In this document: piece by piece, positions 23,644-37,722 of the stretch
Layout of the letters: the number at the start of each line of letters is the position of its first letter
Numbering within the stretch: position 1 is the stretch's first letter
NCBI GenBank assembly: GCA_022605425.2
Contig: CM061249.1
Coordinates: 620,001 to 684,000, forward strand
From: Hamiltosporidium tvaerminnensis FI-OER-3-3
Taxonomy: Eukaryota; Fungi; Microsporidia
Direction: 5' to 3'
DNA length: 64,000 bases
Translations under genes and position numbers: made by a program
Notes under the pieces: model-generated
Databases searched by the model: none
What the model was told of the DNA's origin: nothing
What the model saw: the letters and a program-made list of their open reading frames with translations, nothing else

Positions 23644-26600
23644 AATTTAATAAGCGGATATGCTCCCAATATATTGTAGTAGAATACTACATACATGAAG
23701 AGCTTTTTACGTTTTTAGCATTTACAACACGACCAGAAAACAATAAACTTTACTTAAGTCAAAATTTTCTTTTTAAAAAAAGAAAGTAACATGAATAAGA
23801 GAAATGTATTAAAAGTGATACCGAGAAACTTTGAGTGCAATATACAAAATTAGCTCTCTTCTTTCTAAAACCTGTAAAAGCAAGGTCGTTTAAAACTATT
23901 GATAATATTTACATTAAATAAAACCAGTAATATCCCGGGAAAGACTTGGAATATGGCGGTTTAATGCCCAAGACTATCACCTGTTAACTATATTTGATCA
24001 TGTGCTTTCAGTTATTGTATTTCTGTGAATTTTATTTGGAAATCATTCACTCTATTATATTTTAATTACCGAACTCCGCCACGGACAAGTATTGAGACTT
24101 TTTTCCCGCCAAAACCATTACTGTATTTTTTTAAAATAAAAATGTTGTATTCAAACTAAATTAAAAGGCAAATAATAGCTTTGAATGCTGGTTTTATGTA
24201 AAGATAAAACAAAAAATAGGAATTATTTAAATTGAGAAATTCAAATAAAAGCATAAGAGTCAGTTGTTCTTACATTCTTATTAAATTATTTAATCCAAAA
24301 TTGTTCTTTTTCAATTTAAATAGGAAATTTTGTGTACTTGTTTTAATACATTTCAAAGATTTATTGAACAATGAAAGCACCATTTGCAATAATTTGAAAT
24401 ACAAACTCTAGATAATTTAAAAAAATATATCGTTTTTTAGACTTGGATCTTATATCAAACTACATTAAAATTTTTCAAAATTATTTGGCTCCTAATGTCA
24501 ACAACAGTAATCTACCCTTGGAACGTAAATGAAAAATGAAAAATATACAATTTGTGGTATTTCAAAAAAATATTACTACTTCTTATTACTTGACTTAATA
24601 TAAAAGATTCTATTTGCCACAAATTTCGATCATTTTCATAAATTAAAAATACAGTATTCTTCTTTTTTCGTCAGTATCTAACTGTGTAAACAAAAATTAT
24701 TTAAAAATAAGTATACATAATATATTTTCCTTTCCAAATTAACCGATAAACACTTGAAATGATGGTAAATTTTCGTTAGCCCATTAGATCCACGAGTTCA
24801 AGGAATCATTACGAAAGTATTTCACCTAGGTTAATCAATTCAATAATAGGTTATTTTACTAGTTTCTTTGTGGTTTCATGTTGTTTTTTAGAATAAAAAA
24901 ATAAATTATGGTTAGAAGTTTAAAGATGCATGAGATGTAACAAAACTTTTTTGTTACGAAAACACCTAAAAGAGTATTTACAGTTGTAATTTTATTTTAG
25001 TTTCATACTAATAAAAACATCGATTTACAAAAAAACGTAGTGGACTGAATAAATATGTATGCAAACAGAGTTTGACTTACGATGGGTAGTTTAGAGACCC
25101 CATCTCCAAAGAATAATTTATTTTTATTCTTCAACAGTTAGTATGTCAACATTAGTAAATTCTGCTATTCCTAGGATGTTTTCCTATATACTTACATTTA
25201 TTTTTGTTGACTTCTTCTAAAATCATAAAGTATTGTATTTTATGAAAAAAATCGTGTATTATGATCTTAGGATAACCACGATTAATTCAGTCGTTCGTCG
25301 AAAAAATGCTTAATATGATTTAGATCTGTTAAAGTATGTTCCTGCATTTTATCGCCTAGAGGAATAACAGGAGCATAGTAAAATAGAAACTTATAAAATC
25401 GTTAACTCGTTGAAGTGCAAAATAATAGACAAAACCCGAGTATAGTATCTAATTGACCAATGGAGATCTCACTTGACGTAAATTGGTAAATTGCTGGTAA
25501 TTTGTTGAAAGATTTTGATAATTTCTAGCGGTAATAATATTGCTCTGCTAAATGAATTTATTTTAGATTGGTGTATAAATTTTCTTTTTCTCTAATTTTC
25601 TCGGCATTTTATAAAGTATTGAAAAAATATGCACCAATTTTCCAGAGTAAAGATAATGGAAGTTACTTCTGACGAAAGTTTTTGATATCGGGTTATTGTA
25701 TTCTTTATTATTTGTTCAAAAAACTCTACGTTGGGTTACGAGCCTGACCAATCAAAATAAAAATGTCTACAAAACTCTGACTCAATGGAAAGCTTAAATT
25801 TAATTGTGAATTATGCTTCTTGCATAGAGGGAGAAACAAGCTAAAAAAAATGAATCAATAATATTAAATCATTTGTTTAGTATTAATTAAAAGTGTTCTA
25901 TGAGATTAATTACCTTCTGTAATCGTTCTTTAACATACCTAATAAAACATTTAGCTGCGAAACATATATTTAATGACAAGTTTTATTAGTTTATACTCTC
26001 GACTAATGGCTTAGAAATTTTTTGCATAATATAAATACTAAGCATAGAAAAGATAAAGTACGACACACAATAATATCTTTGCAGAAAAATATATCTAAGT
26101 TTTACCTAAAAACATATTTAAATAAGGTTGTAAAAAGGTTCAGCAAAGTAATTAAATAGCAGAATTTGTGGCTTTCAATTCTAGAATAAATTTCACTCTT
26201 TTATTAATAAACATTTTTTTAAACGAAGAATATGAAAAATTAGATTTTAATATTCGGATAGTTACGCGAGAATTTACCTTTTAATAATAGAAATATTTGG
26301 ATAATCCGGCTTTTTTGAAGCGATGTTATAAAAAACCTTGTCAGTAGATAGTGGTATTCCAGCAAAATACAATATAAATTAGCAAATGCCTAAATAATCC
26401 AACAAATCTAACCTATTAATTAAAATTTATAATATAAAAATATTATGTAAAAATTGTTTGGCTGAAAGTATTGTAGTCGTAACTTGATAATTATGAAAAA
26501 TTTAAATTATATAGAGATTCTTCAAAAATTTTAGTCTCGGAAATGTGTTTAAAGAATAAAAACGTTACAGGAAAGTTAAAATAAAAATACACTATGGAAA

Positions 26601-26829
26601 TGAGATTAAATATTTATTTTTCTAAAAATACATATTTTTTGTCTGTTTTTCGGATTTATAAGAATATAGAATCTTAATACTTATGCTAGAACAACAAAAA
26701 AATAAGATAGATACCAAAATCGATTCATAAAACTTCAATTATTATTTAAGTTGATTTTTGAAACTTTTAAACTTCAAAATAATATACCAAATAAAGACGT
26801 ACACAATGAATAAGTTTTATAGTAAAGGT

Positions 26830-27567
26830 TCAACGAATATAATTAAGATTATTATAAAAGTAACTTAAAGTATTCAATTCCATTGCAAATAAAAACACGA
26901 ACTGATAGATAAATAACAAAAAAGCAATTTTCCATGTGTTTCTCTTGATTAAATAAATATAGGATAATATCATCTCTACGCAATAAACAGCTAGTTTAAG
27001 CAGAAGCAGTTCTTTAATGTTGAATATAAACAATTTTCTAACCAAGTTATCGATTATTATCAGAATGTATACATAGAAAAAATGACACAAGAACGTTCTT
27101 ATAGAAACTTCTTTTAGTATAAACTTGCAATTATTGAAATTGATAAAAATTGTAAAATATGCCAGAAAACCGAATATTGTGTATAATAAAACGTAAAATG
27201 CAGGCATTTCATAATTTTTAGATAAATTGCGAGAATATATAAACAATTCCGTTGTCGTGGATATAAAAATAAAAGGAATCACTGTTAAATAATGTTGATA
27301 TTGGTTCATTCCGAATCCCCTTGCCTTTATATGAATAAAAAAAGATGAATTGTATAAGAATGAAAGCATAATATATTTTAGCATTGTCACCGTTATGCCA
27401 AATTTTTCTTCTAGACCCATTATTTTATCATATACAATGATCGGTAAAACTGCTTCGAACATATACATACAAAATGCAATAAAATAATCCCAGAATATAC
27501 TTTTGAAAGTTAAAAATCCTGAAGATTTGGCTTCATTTGGATTTCTTCGTTTTGTTTTAGGAGCCAT
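26830..27567 (-). CDS. Orphan multi-pass (~7 TM) membrane protein, paralog A
   Basis: Likely ATG at 27567 (MAPKTKRRNP). Seven hydrophobic segments. Clear paralogy with 32260..33009 (FNNCKFI.K.VSIRTF, IYQFVFLFAMELNTL). Confidence 0.85.
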   Translation of the reverse strand: MAPKTKRRNPNEAKSSGFLTFKSIFWDYFIAFCMYMFEAVLPIIVYDKIMGLEEKFGITVTMLKYIMLSFLYNSSFFIHIKARGFGMNQYQHYLTVIPFIFISTTTELFIYSRNLSKNYEMPAFYVLLYTIFGFLAYFTIFINFNNCKFILKEVSIRTFLCHFFYVYILIIIDNLVRKLFIFNIKELLLLKLAVYCVEMILSYIYLIKRNTWKIAFLLFIYQFVFLFAMELNTLSYFYNNLNYIR

Positions 27568-28989
27568 GGCAAATAATATGTCCACTACATTTTATATAAA
27601 GGAATTTATCAATATAAAATTGTTAACAAAATTTTTATTTCTAAATAAAGAATCAATTAAAGATAAAAATCATTAAATATTAATTTAATTTAAATTAAAT
27701 TCCGAAAAATATTTTGCAAACACTGGTATGTAGCATTTTTATTTCAATAAAGACGTTTTGATTTTCACATTATAGATCTAAGATTTGTATATGGTTGTAT
27801 TTTTTTGGTTTTATAACTCTTTTAAGTTAAAGTTCGAGTTGAATCGAATTTATCTTTTTTTAAAAAAATTTGAATAAATATGAAGACTTTTTCATATTTT
27901 CAGTAATCTAAATTTAATTTACAGCTAAATAATATATTCTTCGTTTTTATTTGGTATCTTAAGTAGGTTTATGAAGATCTTAGTGCATTTATTAGTTATT
28001 TGATTTTTTCCAATCGAAAGTCTTATATTTCCTTTAAATATAAAAGAAATGCAAGTCGCTCTCATGTGCCAAATTTATTTTAATTATGTAATTTTTATCG
28101 TGTTTTTACAAATTTTTGCGAGAAAACAAAATAAAGATTATTTTAAAAGGACTAAAAAAAAAATTTTATAAAACTTAAATTATTCGAATTTGCCTAAAGT
28201 CCTGGAATTTTAAACTATATATTTTCCATAAGTTAAAAAAACTATTCTTTATTTTTTTGATATATTTTGTTCATTTCTTTAATAAATCTATATCAAGTTT
28301 ATAATTTAAAATGTTTACTTGTTTAGTCATTAAGAAAGATACTGAGCTTTTCAATTTTTTATAATGAACATTTCTTAAAAAAAATTGATTCAATAGTTGG
28401 TTGAGATGATAGCATAGAAATTTTTTTTCATACTAAACTCAATCTATCAATTTAATATGCTTTGATTATATCCGAATAAGTATGGTAAATAAAAAGTTTA
28501 CAGACAATGTACAAATGTCTTTTATTCCTACAAGAAAAATATATGCAGTATATAAAATTATTAATACATAAAAAATTTAGTCGAAACATTATAGATCAAA
28601 AACCTATGCATTAAAAGCTCTAGCCTCTCGTATCAAATTCGTTAACTTCGCTCCATGTGATTTTTTAAACCGTGGGGTTTGTTATCACCGCTACTGATTG
28701 GCTCGGCCTATATTTAGCTCTTCTCAAACAAACGTCTTCCTCAGATTCAAAGTAAAATATTTATTTTTTTATTTTGTAACTTTTTGCGATTTTAAAGAAA
28801 TTTAACTAGGCTCTACGATGGCTACTAATCGGGTTATTTCTTCCGAACCTTCTGACAATTAAACATTCTAACGAAGGAGATGCTTAAAAAGCTGGAAAAT
28901 GAAGAAAATTTTATTATGATTTAAAATTGTAAAAGATTTTTAGAGTTGGCACTCTATTTTCTAATGAATACGTTTTTATTTCAATATAT

Positions 28990-29750
28990 CTGTAAATTAA
29001 AACTTCTGCGTGATAAGTACTATCGCCTTTAATAAGGAAGTAAAGCAAATTGTGAAACGTCATAATGGGTTTGGCCTAAAAGAAAGACTTTTATGGCTGC
29101 GTGAATTTCATATGCTATATTGGAAATTTTCTGTTGTATTAAATAGTACTCCACAAGAAATACAGCTATCTATATCCGCGTTTTACCGTAGACAAACCTG
29201 GATGAGAATTTTTTTTTAGCGATTTTGGGAATTTCAAGGTGGAAAACTTAGTGCGAAAAGTTTTTAATAAGCTAAAACTAAAAGTTTTGTTCTCCGAGAA
29301 ACAGCTGCATCTGTTACTAGTCTAAAACAATAAGCTAATTAGATGATAAGTTTTAGAATATTTTTTAGGAGAACGATCATAATCCTAGGCTCATCGGAAA
29401 TGCACAAAGCAGAACTATTCTGCAAAAGAATTCTATATATAACATTTGTTTGCAAAGCTGAAGCCAATGTTCGTAGATTAAAGACACTTAAGGATTGCAT
29501 CACTTCAAACCTTTGTGAAAATCTGAATGAAGAACACACAAACATTTTATTAGTAACCCAAGCGTATGTGTGCTATAAAAAAAAAGAGATGACTTGCTAT
29601 TGCAGTATTTATAGGCTAACACAAGAATTTGATTTCGAAGCAGCCGATTTTGGAATGGCTCTACGAATGTACATTCCGTTCATACAAATTATATCTCGAT
29701 AAAGAAACAGAAATTAAAACAGCATTTTTCAGTTGAAATGCGAAATACTT
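28990..29750 (+). pseudogene. hAT-like (ZMYM1/DUF4371-type) transposase relic
   Basis: FSVVLNSTPQEIQLSI in ORF 29010..29219 resembles FSIILDSTPD...EQLS. Fragmented frames and approximate boundaries. Confidence 0.35.
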
Positions 29751-29757
29751 ATTTGAA

Positions 29758-29885
29758 GGTGGAGAGGAAGTAGAAAGGATAACCACATTAAAAACTATCT
29801 GGTTGTCAATGAGTGTGTGAAATTGATGTGAAAATCATTCTTAACTTTTTTTGGGATATAAAATACATTAGATCTATGGGTTATC
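29758..29885 (+). mobile_element. ~730-bp SINE-like element, 5' fragment only
   Basis: ggtggagagg...aggataaccacattaaaaactatctggttgtcaatgagtgtgtgaaa matches the family 5' end. Similarity is lost after ~130 bp. Confidence 0.8.
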
Positions 29886-32259
29886 TCCTATAATCCTGAA
29901 TAACAACGATTGAAAGAAGCAATTGGAAAATTTCTAGTTGTTCATTCTCGACACCGAATGATAAAAGAGGAAGAATGTAAGTAAGTCGGCGGACCCAAAT
30001 TCACTCTTCTCTGCAGTAGTTTCAGATTAACCTAAGATTTAAAAACATAGTTCATAACATACGAGCTCTCTATATCGATACATTTTAGAGCATTTCTTAA
30101 TGGTATATATCAAATGAAAACTTATATTAAAAGGCTGATCTATATATACTATCGCGATGAACATTGATAGCATCTAGAAAACTTTAAAAGACATTACCAA
30201 AAGAATTTTGAGTTTATAATGAAGTAGTTGTTTTTTCTATATTTACAAAACAAATAATAATTCAGAATAAGTAAGAAACTCGGCAGCGAATCACAAAACT
30301 GAAACCCTGAAAAATTATTGCAGAAAAAAGCTTGAAGGATACCAACCGCAAAGACATGGTTAAGATTTTAAAGCTTCATATTCTTTGAATAATAAAAATG
30401 ACTGAACTATCTAAGCTAAAAGCTAGGAGATGATCATGGATTCCAATTTATCTAAATAAGAGAGTAAATTCTTCAATTGTGCTTTTTTTTCGTATCGTTA
30501 AAACAAATGAAAATTTTAACATAAGAGTTGAGAAAAGGGATCTAAATAGAAATCTTATATTACATTACTGAATTCCCTTGAAAAGGCAATACCATTATAA
30601 AAACATATTTTCAAATAAAAAGGGCAGCGTAATAAGCTTCAAACGCAATTTTTTTACCACATACCTTGAAACTATCTGTTCAAATATGCTCTTTTGCGAT
30701 AAATAAAACCTAGAATACATACGCAGTATAGACCTTTGTCATTTCATATTTTGCTGTTTATTCCTGAGAATGATGTATAATAACGTTTGAAATTTAATAA
30801 ACTAAGTGATGTTAATTAAAATAAATGAGACATGATGCCTATAATATGAATATGCTCTATTTTCCCATATTTGCAAAGACTTGCTTAAACCTGATGCAAA
30901 ACTTACTAAAAGATGTTTTAAATATGAGAAGATCTAAGAATGTCAAAAATTCATTTAGAAAGATTTTAACTGGGTATTACACGCTTAATTTATAGATTAG
31001 CAATTTTTAAATATAACGATCTATATTTACAGAAAATTTTATCGCGGTTTGATCTGAACTTAACTAGCCTGATGAATCAAAAGTTTAATGTGATTTAAAT
31101 GAGCATCACAAAGTTGAACAACATTCAGATATAACACAATTACTCCATGATGTGATCTACATCGACCTAACTAACATTGATTAGATGATAATCAATGTTA
31201 AGTTATTCTATTAACCACATATAAATATAAATTAACAAGTTTTTAAAAAATATGTCTTTTTATGAAATTATTTTGTATACTATAAAAGAAACTATTTAAA
31301 GGGAACGCAAATCCATCTAATGTAATATAAAAAAACTTTTTTTATGTTATGCGTGTTTTTATTGCTGATTTTTGCACCGATTTATTAGTTATTTGATTTA
31401 AGAAAGCTACAAGGTATTGTCTACCTTGTCAGTTAGTCTCGACTTGTTCAATTTGAAAAATTTGATATTAAAAACAGTTGAATATACAGCATTATGCTTT
31501 TGAACGCATATCTGGCAATTTTTTTCTAAAACTCACAAAGATGCTACTCTTAATGACTAAAACTTTATGTTTCCTTCTGAAATATCTATATTTTTTTAAA
31601 AGATATCGAGACAAAAAATATATAATGAAACTCGATTTTATAATATGTAAAGTATTATTCGTTCTTTTGTTTGGAATATATGATTTTTCGTTTTGCGCTA
31701 ATTCAACAAAAAATTGAGCGTAGTATGAAAAAAAAACCATATACATTTAAAGAAAATATCAAAAAATTACTGAAGTTTATTTAACTATTGTTTATAGACT
31801 TTAACTTATTTATTTCGTCAATATATGTATAGATAAATACACCATATAGTACTCAGCTCATTTCAAAAATTCAAAATAAAAACTTTTGCAGATATAAAGA
31901 AATAATCTCGGTGTGAACTAGAAAATCACCATTTTCCAATACTTGTGTGCTTTTCTATAGCCTAAGAACCATAATCCCCGAATTTTTGTATAAAATACCT
32001 CATAAAGACTTTGACTAATTTTAAAAGACGTAATATGAAATTTTAATTGTGCGAAACTTTTAAAATTTGATTAAAGTATATTCATTATAGATTTTCTGCT
32101 TCGATTAATATAAAGCGAACAATTTTAAACAAGTACACATTGATCAATATTTTTTACATTTTTTTCAAAAATTTAAACATTTAAAACTTAAAAAGTTTAA
32201 TATCTTCAATACCGAGATGTAAAAGAAGTTCGGAATAAATAAAGAAGTAAGAAAAAGTT

Positions 32260-33009
32260 TTAATGAACAGGAAATTGCAGATAATTAAAATTTTCATAAA
32301 AGAAATATAGTGTATTCAATTCCATTGCAAATAAAAATACAAATTGATAAATTAACAATAGTAATGTAGTAACCATTTCATTTCTTTTACATAAATATAT
32401 GAAAGATAGTATCATTTCAACAATATAAAATGTCACTTTAAATGTAAATAGTTCTCTAATAGTTATTATAAATATCTTATAGATCAGGTTATCTACTACT
32501 ATTAAAACGTAAATATAGCAAAAATAGCTAATGAAAGTTCTTATGGAAACGTCTTTTTTTATAAACTTGCAATTGTTAAATTTCAAAAAAATAAAAAAGT
32601 ATGTTATCAAGTTAAATATTACGTATAAAAAAACACATGAGGATGACATTACATATATTGTATTCACATTAAATGTGTTCATATATAACTCGCTTATAAT
32701 GAATACAAAACCAAAGCAAAATATTATTACATAATATATATCATATTCAGTTTCAACTCTTTTGGAACTTCTATGAAATAAAAAACTAAATTTGTATAAA
32801 AACATAAGTAAAATGTACTTAAATATTATAAGCAATAAATTTGAATTTAAATCTATATCATATATCTTTGTATAAAATACTACGGGAAGTGATACTTCTA
32901 TTAGGAAAATGACTATAAAAAATATAATTTCAAAGAATCTATCTTTAAAATTAAATTTCATATAAGATTTTCCTTTTCCGGGATTTCTCTTTCTTGTTTT
33001 ACTTGGCAT
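32260..33009 (-). CDS. Orphan multi-pass (~7 TM) membrane protein, paralog B
   Basis: Likely ATG at 33009 (MPSKTRKRNP), by alignment to paralog A. Same hydrophobic pattern. Confidence 0.85.
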   Translation of the reverse strand: MPSKTRKRNPGKGKSYMKFNFKDRFFEIIFFIVIFLIEVSLPVVFYTKIYDIDLNSNLLLIIFKYILLMFLYKFSFLFHRSSKRVETEYDIYYVIIFCFGFVFIISELYMNTFNVNTIYVMSSSCVFLYVIFNLITYFFIFLKFNNCKFIKKDVSIRTFISYFCYIYVLIVVDNLIYKIFIITIRELFTFKVTFYIVEMILSFIYLCKRNEMVTTLLLLIYQFVFLFAMELNTLYFFYENFNYLQFPVH

Positions 33010-34821
33010 TTTTTTCCAGAATTTCATTCCAAATATATATAATAATTGATGACAGAACAGTTGATGGATTATTTTTATACTAAACAATTAATCATATAAA
33101 ATAAATATATCAATTAATTTCAATTAATCTCATTAAAAAATTTTTCAAATTAAAAATAAACTGACAAGAAATATCTTAGTTAATACACTTGCTTCATTAA
33201 TTATTATATAGAATCGATTGCGTTTTTGAGACCTTAATTAATTGAGGTTTCCGATTTGATAATTATATTTTACTTAAATAATTTGATTTGTTTTTGTTTG
33301 AACAACTTTTTTCTGTAATTCAGTATTACTTAGACTGGCTTTTAAGTTTATGAAACCAAATTAAGTTTTATATGAACAAAAAAATGCAGTGAATTATCCT
33401 CTTAAATTCAAAGGCTGAACTATAATTCCTTTTTATTGGCATTTTAGACTTTATAACCAGCGATCAGTTGACTCGTACATTTTATAATCATTTATACCTG
33501 TATTTTTAGTCTTTACTGGGCAATCACTCACTAGAAATCGAATATTTTTTACATCTGGATATTATTCCTCTTTTGATCTGATCGCTTTTGATTTTTCGAA
33601 GAGATTCAGCTTGACATTTTCTGTTTATTCTGATCGATTTCCCATTTATTTTTATTCAATTTCGTCTTTTTGTCGTTAAATTTGCTTTTCTAAAGCGTTT
33701 TTTGGCATTACGCTGTATAAGTTGATTGATTGTTTGTGTAACTTCCTAATTATTTTTATTAAAAATCTTTTAATGAACAGGTATAGAATTATATATGAAT
33801 ATTCAAGCAATAATTGTTTTGTGTAATTATTTTTGAGGATATTTATAAATTTCAATTAGAAAAGGTAAAAAAAGTTAATTCTATCGTATAATTTTTTATT
33901 TGTATAAAAAAAAGCTTAAAAAGAAATCCTAAGAAATCTATTGATTTGAATCTTACTCCAAAAATTAAAACTTAAAACTTAAAACATTAAAAAAGTTAAG
34001 AATGCTTTTATTTTTATATATTAAAATCTAGAATGGATATTTAAGAAGAGTTAGTGCAAAATTTTTTTTGACTAAATCAAACGTTTGAAGGGTATTCTTT
34101 TCAACTTCTATACATTCAAACTGAAAAAAAAATAATTAAAAAAAACACAAAGCGTTATTTTTTAATTTTAACACTATTACTGCTTTCTTACATGTTTCAC
34201 CCGATTAAACATATCGAGTGGTACTTTTCCGTCCTCTTCACATCAATCGATTAATAATTATATATGGGAAATTTAATAATTTGATTTTGGCCTTTCTACA
34301 ACTTTCCAGATTCACCTTCAGAAAACTTTTATATTTCTGCCAGAAATACATTTCTCTCTTACGATTCAAAACATTATAAAGATACTAAAATTATATAATT
34401 GCCGATTTTAGTCTTAACTTTAATATTATAGAATATAAATGCAATATTTTTCAAGAAATTACTTCGAATAAATAAATATAAATTATTTTGGGATAAGTTA
34501 GTTATAAGGCTTAAGTTTTTTTTGTCTTTAGTTTGAAAAAAGCCATTGAAGCGATCAGAATATTGAAATATATCTTTTTTTGTTTTGAAAGCTTTATACA
34601 ATCTATATGATAATATATCATATTACGCAATTGTTTAAAAAGTGTTTGCTTAATAAATTCAGTTTTTTCTTGAACTCATTTAAATAAATTAGATTACATA
34701 TGTAGTTTGAAGAAAAATAGATGTAATTCAATTATTTATTTTAAGCTCTATGAATACTCATTATAATAAATTTAGTAGTAGAATAGTATATTTAGTATAA
34801 TACACAAAATATTTTTACATT

Positions 34822-35056
34822 CATTCATTCATCTTTGAGACTACAGCCCTGTGCAAACCTTGGCCTCCAATAGTAATATCGCCTACTGGTCTTTTTCCAG
34901 TGGGTTCGTTTACTTATTGGGTTTTGTAACAGGTAGTTTTAAAGCGTGGGTTGTTAGCCCTACGCTCATCCCAACATGGAATATCAGTCCCTTTTAGTCG
35001 CCTCTTACGGCAAGCTGAGAATACTCCAAACCAATTCTGCTCCCGGTATGGTGGGG
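34822..35056 (-). mobile_element. ~235-bp bipartite RTE-like non-autonomous retroposon (SINE), copy 1
   Basis: Exact 15-bp TSD aaatatttttacatt (34807..34821, 35057..35071) and a (GAAT)n tail. Motifs cgtaagaggcgactaaaaggg, gcgtagggctaacaaccc and 3' ggaggccaagg...gggctgtag. Second copy at 45910. Confidence 0.85.
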
Positions 35057-35900
35057 AAATATTTTTACATTATTGACAAAATATTATTCTACTCTAGGAT
35101 TAACAAATTCGGTCACTAAAAATTTTGAACACATTTAGCGTGAACGATAACGCCAGCACAAAATAGTTTCTAACACAAAATATTTTGACCGTATTCTTAT
35201 TATTTAATTTATTCCTTAAATATTTTTTAATTTAAAAACTGATTAAATCGAAATATTTATTCTTTTTAGGTAAATAAATTATATGTTTTGTTACGAAAAA
35301 TTGATCCATTTATGAATGGAAACCATTATCCAACGATATAAACACTTTATTCATTATGGTTTTACAACTTATTAGTATATATTATACATTTACAATTTTT
35401 AAAATATTTTTAATTCATTTCTATCATTTTACATAGCAATGTAGAAATTTAGTATTTTTGTAGGTTCTGTTTATTTCTAGTAAATATTTAAATTTGATAT
35501 TATTAAAATATTTAAATCGACAGAATTTAAATAAAATAATTTTATAGTACTGTTATTTTATTTAGAATCCAAATATAATATTAGAATTCTCGTCTGCACA
35601 AGTTTATTGTAAATAAAATAAATAAAAAATAATCAATTCGTTATTTGTAGAAATTCTCTTTTGAATAAATTTATTGTAAAAAAACGAAATAAAAAGGTCC
35701 AATTCGGTATTTAGAAGAATAAAAATTCTTTTTTAAATAAATTCAACAAAAAAATATAAAAATAATTTTTAAACCAGTTTTTAAATTAACTGATAAATAA
35801 AAAAAATAAAATCATTAAATATCTGACATTTTCTATATTACACTAATTGAATTCTATTTAAGGAATTAAATTTGATTAATTTATCTATAAATATATTCAG

Positions 35901-35912
35901 AAATTTCTACCC
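35901..35912 (+). promoter_or_regulatory. Microsporidian-type AAATTT + CCC motif immediately before ATG
   Basis: aaatttctaCCCatg. CCC also precedes the ATGs at 53761 and 38184. Confidence 0.6.
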
Positions 35913-36827
35913 ATGACGAGAAAAGAAGGAAGAGCTATTTCCCATCCAAACATAGCATTGGTAAAGTATTGGGGGAAAAAGGACATTGAGATGAATATTT
36001 CTTCTAACATGTCTGTGTCTCTTACTTTAAAGAATTTGGAAACTGTTACAGTTGTATCACCAAGTGAAGAAAAAAGAGACATTTTTATTTTAAATGGACA
36101 TGAAAGGCCTATGAAGGAGAGAATGATCAAAGTGATACAACTTTTCAAGAAGAGAGCAGGTGATGTATCGTATATAAAGATCGATTCGAAAAATAATTTT
36201 CCTGATTCTTGTGGATTAGCTTCTTCTGCTTCTGGATTTTCTGCCTTGGTAAAAGCACTTAATAACTTTTACGATTTAAATATTTCTACACCCGAACTTA
36301 CAGAGATAGCAAGATATGGTTCAGGTAGTTCCAGTAGAAGTATTTATGATGGATTTGTATGCTTGGATGGTGTCAAATCATTTAAGGTTTCTGACTGGGA
36401 TGATGTCAAAGTATTTGTAATTCTTTTGGAAGATACCGAAAAAAAAGTATCGAGTACAGAAGGAATGATTAGGTGCGCCAAAACAAGTAATCTTTACAAT
36501 TTAAGATTGAAATATATTAATTACAAAGCCCAAGAAGCTATGGAATATATTAAAAATAAAGATTTTACAAATCTTGCTGTTCTTACCATGAAAGAGGCAA
36601 ATGAAATACATGCTATATTTATGGATTCTTATCCACCTATTTGGTATTTGAATGGTAGAAGCTTTGAAGTAATCGATAAGGTGTTTGAATTAAATTCTAA
36701 ATCGATTAAAGCAGCTTATACTTTCGATGCAGGCCCAAATCCTTTTATTTTAACTTTAAGAAAAGATTTTGAAGAAATATTTAACCATTTTAAAAATCTT
36801 GGATTTAAAGTTATTGAAGCGCTCTAA
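35913..36827 (+). CDS. MVD1: Diphosphomevalonate decarboxylase
   Basis: PNIALVKYWGK, GHMP motif NNFP..CGLASSASGFSAL, ARYGSGSSSRS, VSSTEGM and AYTFDAGPN. Confidence 0.97.
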   Translation: MTRKEGRAISHPNIALVKYWGKKDIEMNISSNMSVSLTLKNLETVTVVSPSEEKRDIFILNGHERPMKERMIKVIQLFKKRAGDVSYIKIDSKNNFPDSCGLASSASGFSALVKALNNFYDLNISTPELTEIARYGSGSSSRSIYDGFVCLDGVKSFKVSDWDDVKVFVILLEDTEKKVSSTEGMIRCAKTSNLYNLRLKYINYKAQEAMEYIKNKDFTNLAVLTMKEANEIHAIFMDSYPPIWYLNGRSFEVIDKVFELNSKSIKAAYTFDAGPNPFILTLRKDFEEIFNHFKNLGFKVIEAL

Positions 36828-37722
36828 TTAAAATTTTAGTCTCGTAAATATTTTTTAATTTCTTTAATAACTTTTAGAGAATTCTTTATCGTTAATGAAC
36901 ATCCCACTATTTAATTCCCTCTTATTTTTCAATTATGAAAATTTATGAATTTCTATTATTCTCAATGAATTTTCTTAATTATTCTTTGTTTTTATATTTG
37001 CTTTAATTTTTAGATTTTTTTATGTTCTTTGTTATAATTTCATTATAAAGTCAAGTCTTTCTTAATGAATTTATTTTATCTCGTTTAAGTTTTATATAGT
37101 CTTTATTATAATTCTTTATAATAATATCTTCTTATTATATTCCGGTATCTCTCGAAATATTTTTATACTCTTTTCTATGGTGTTTCTTTCTTGTTAATTT
37201 TTTTCTGATTTCTCAGAGTTTATGAATTCTTATTTGATTTGATAAAGAATTATAATCAGAAGCCAAAAATATTTATTCTCTATTTATTTAACTCTAAAAC
37301 TTACAGTCATTTTTTTAAAAAAATACTGAAAGTTAATAAAAAAAACTAACATAAGAAATATTCGAATAAATAATTAAATACACTGTTTAATGGACAAAAA
37401 AATATTTAAATTTACGATTTTAGTATTTATTTTGGTTTTTATAAATTTTTATTTTAAACTTTTTCTTGGAAAACTGAATACTAAAATACGATTTTAGTTA
37501 TTTTGTAATTATCTGTAAAGTATACGTCAGATGTTTATATGATGGATTATAATTGTAACTAATTATTAAAGATTAGTTAACTGGAAGGTTTTTAATTTAA
37601 AAAACAGAAGTAAGAAAATTTAATAGCTTTCAAACTTTTATAATCAAATTTTTTTTAAAAAAATTCTTTGCAAAATAAAAAGAAGTAGAATTATGTTTAT
37701 TGAAGTGATTTTTTCTAACATT

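Noticed and set aside
35575-35740. Degenerate ~65-bp repeats upstream of MVD1
   Set aside because: Only short shared words (tttattgtaaa, caattcg.tattt) in very AT-rich DNA. Too weak to annotate.
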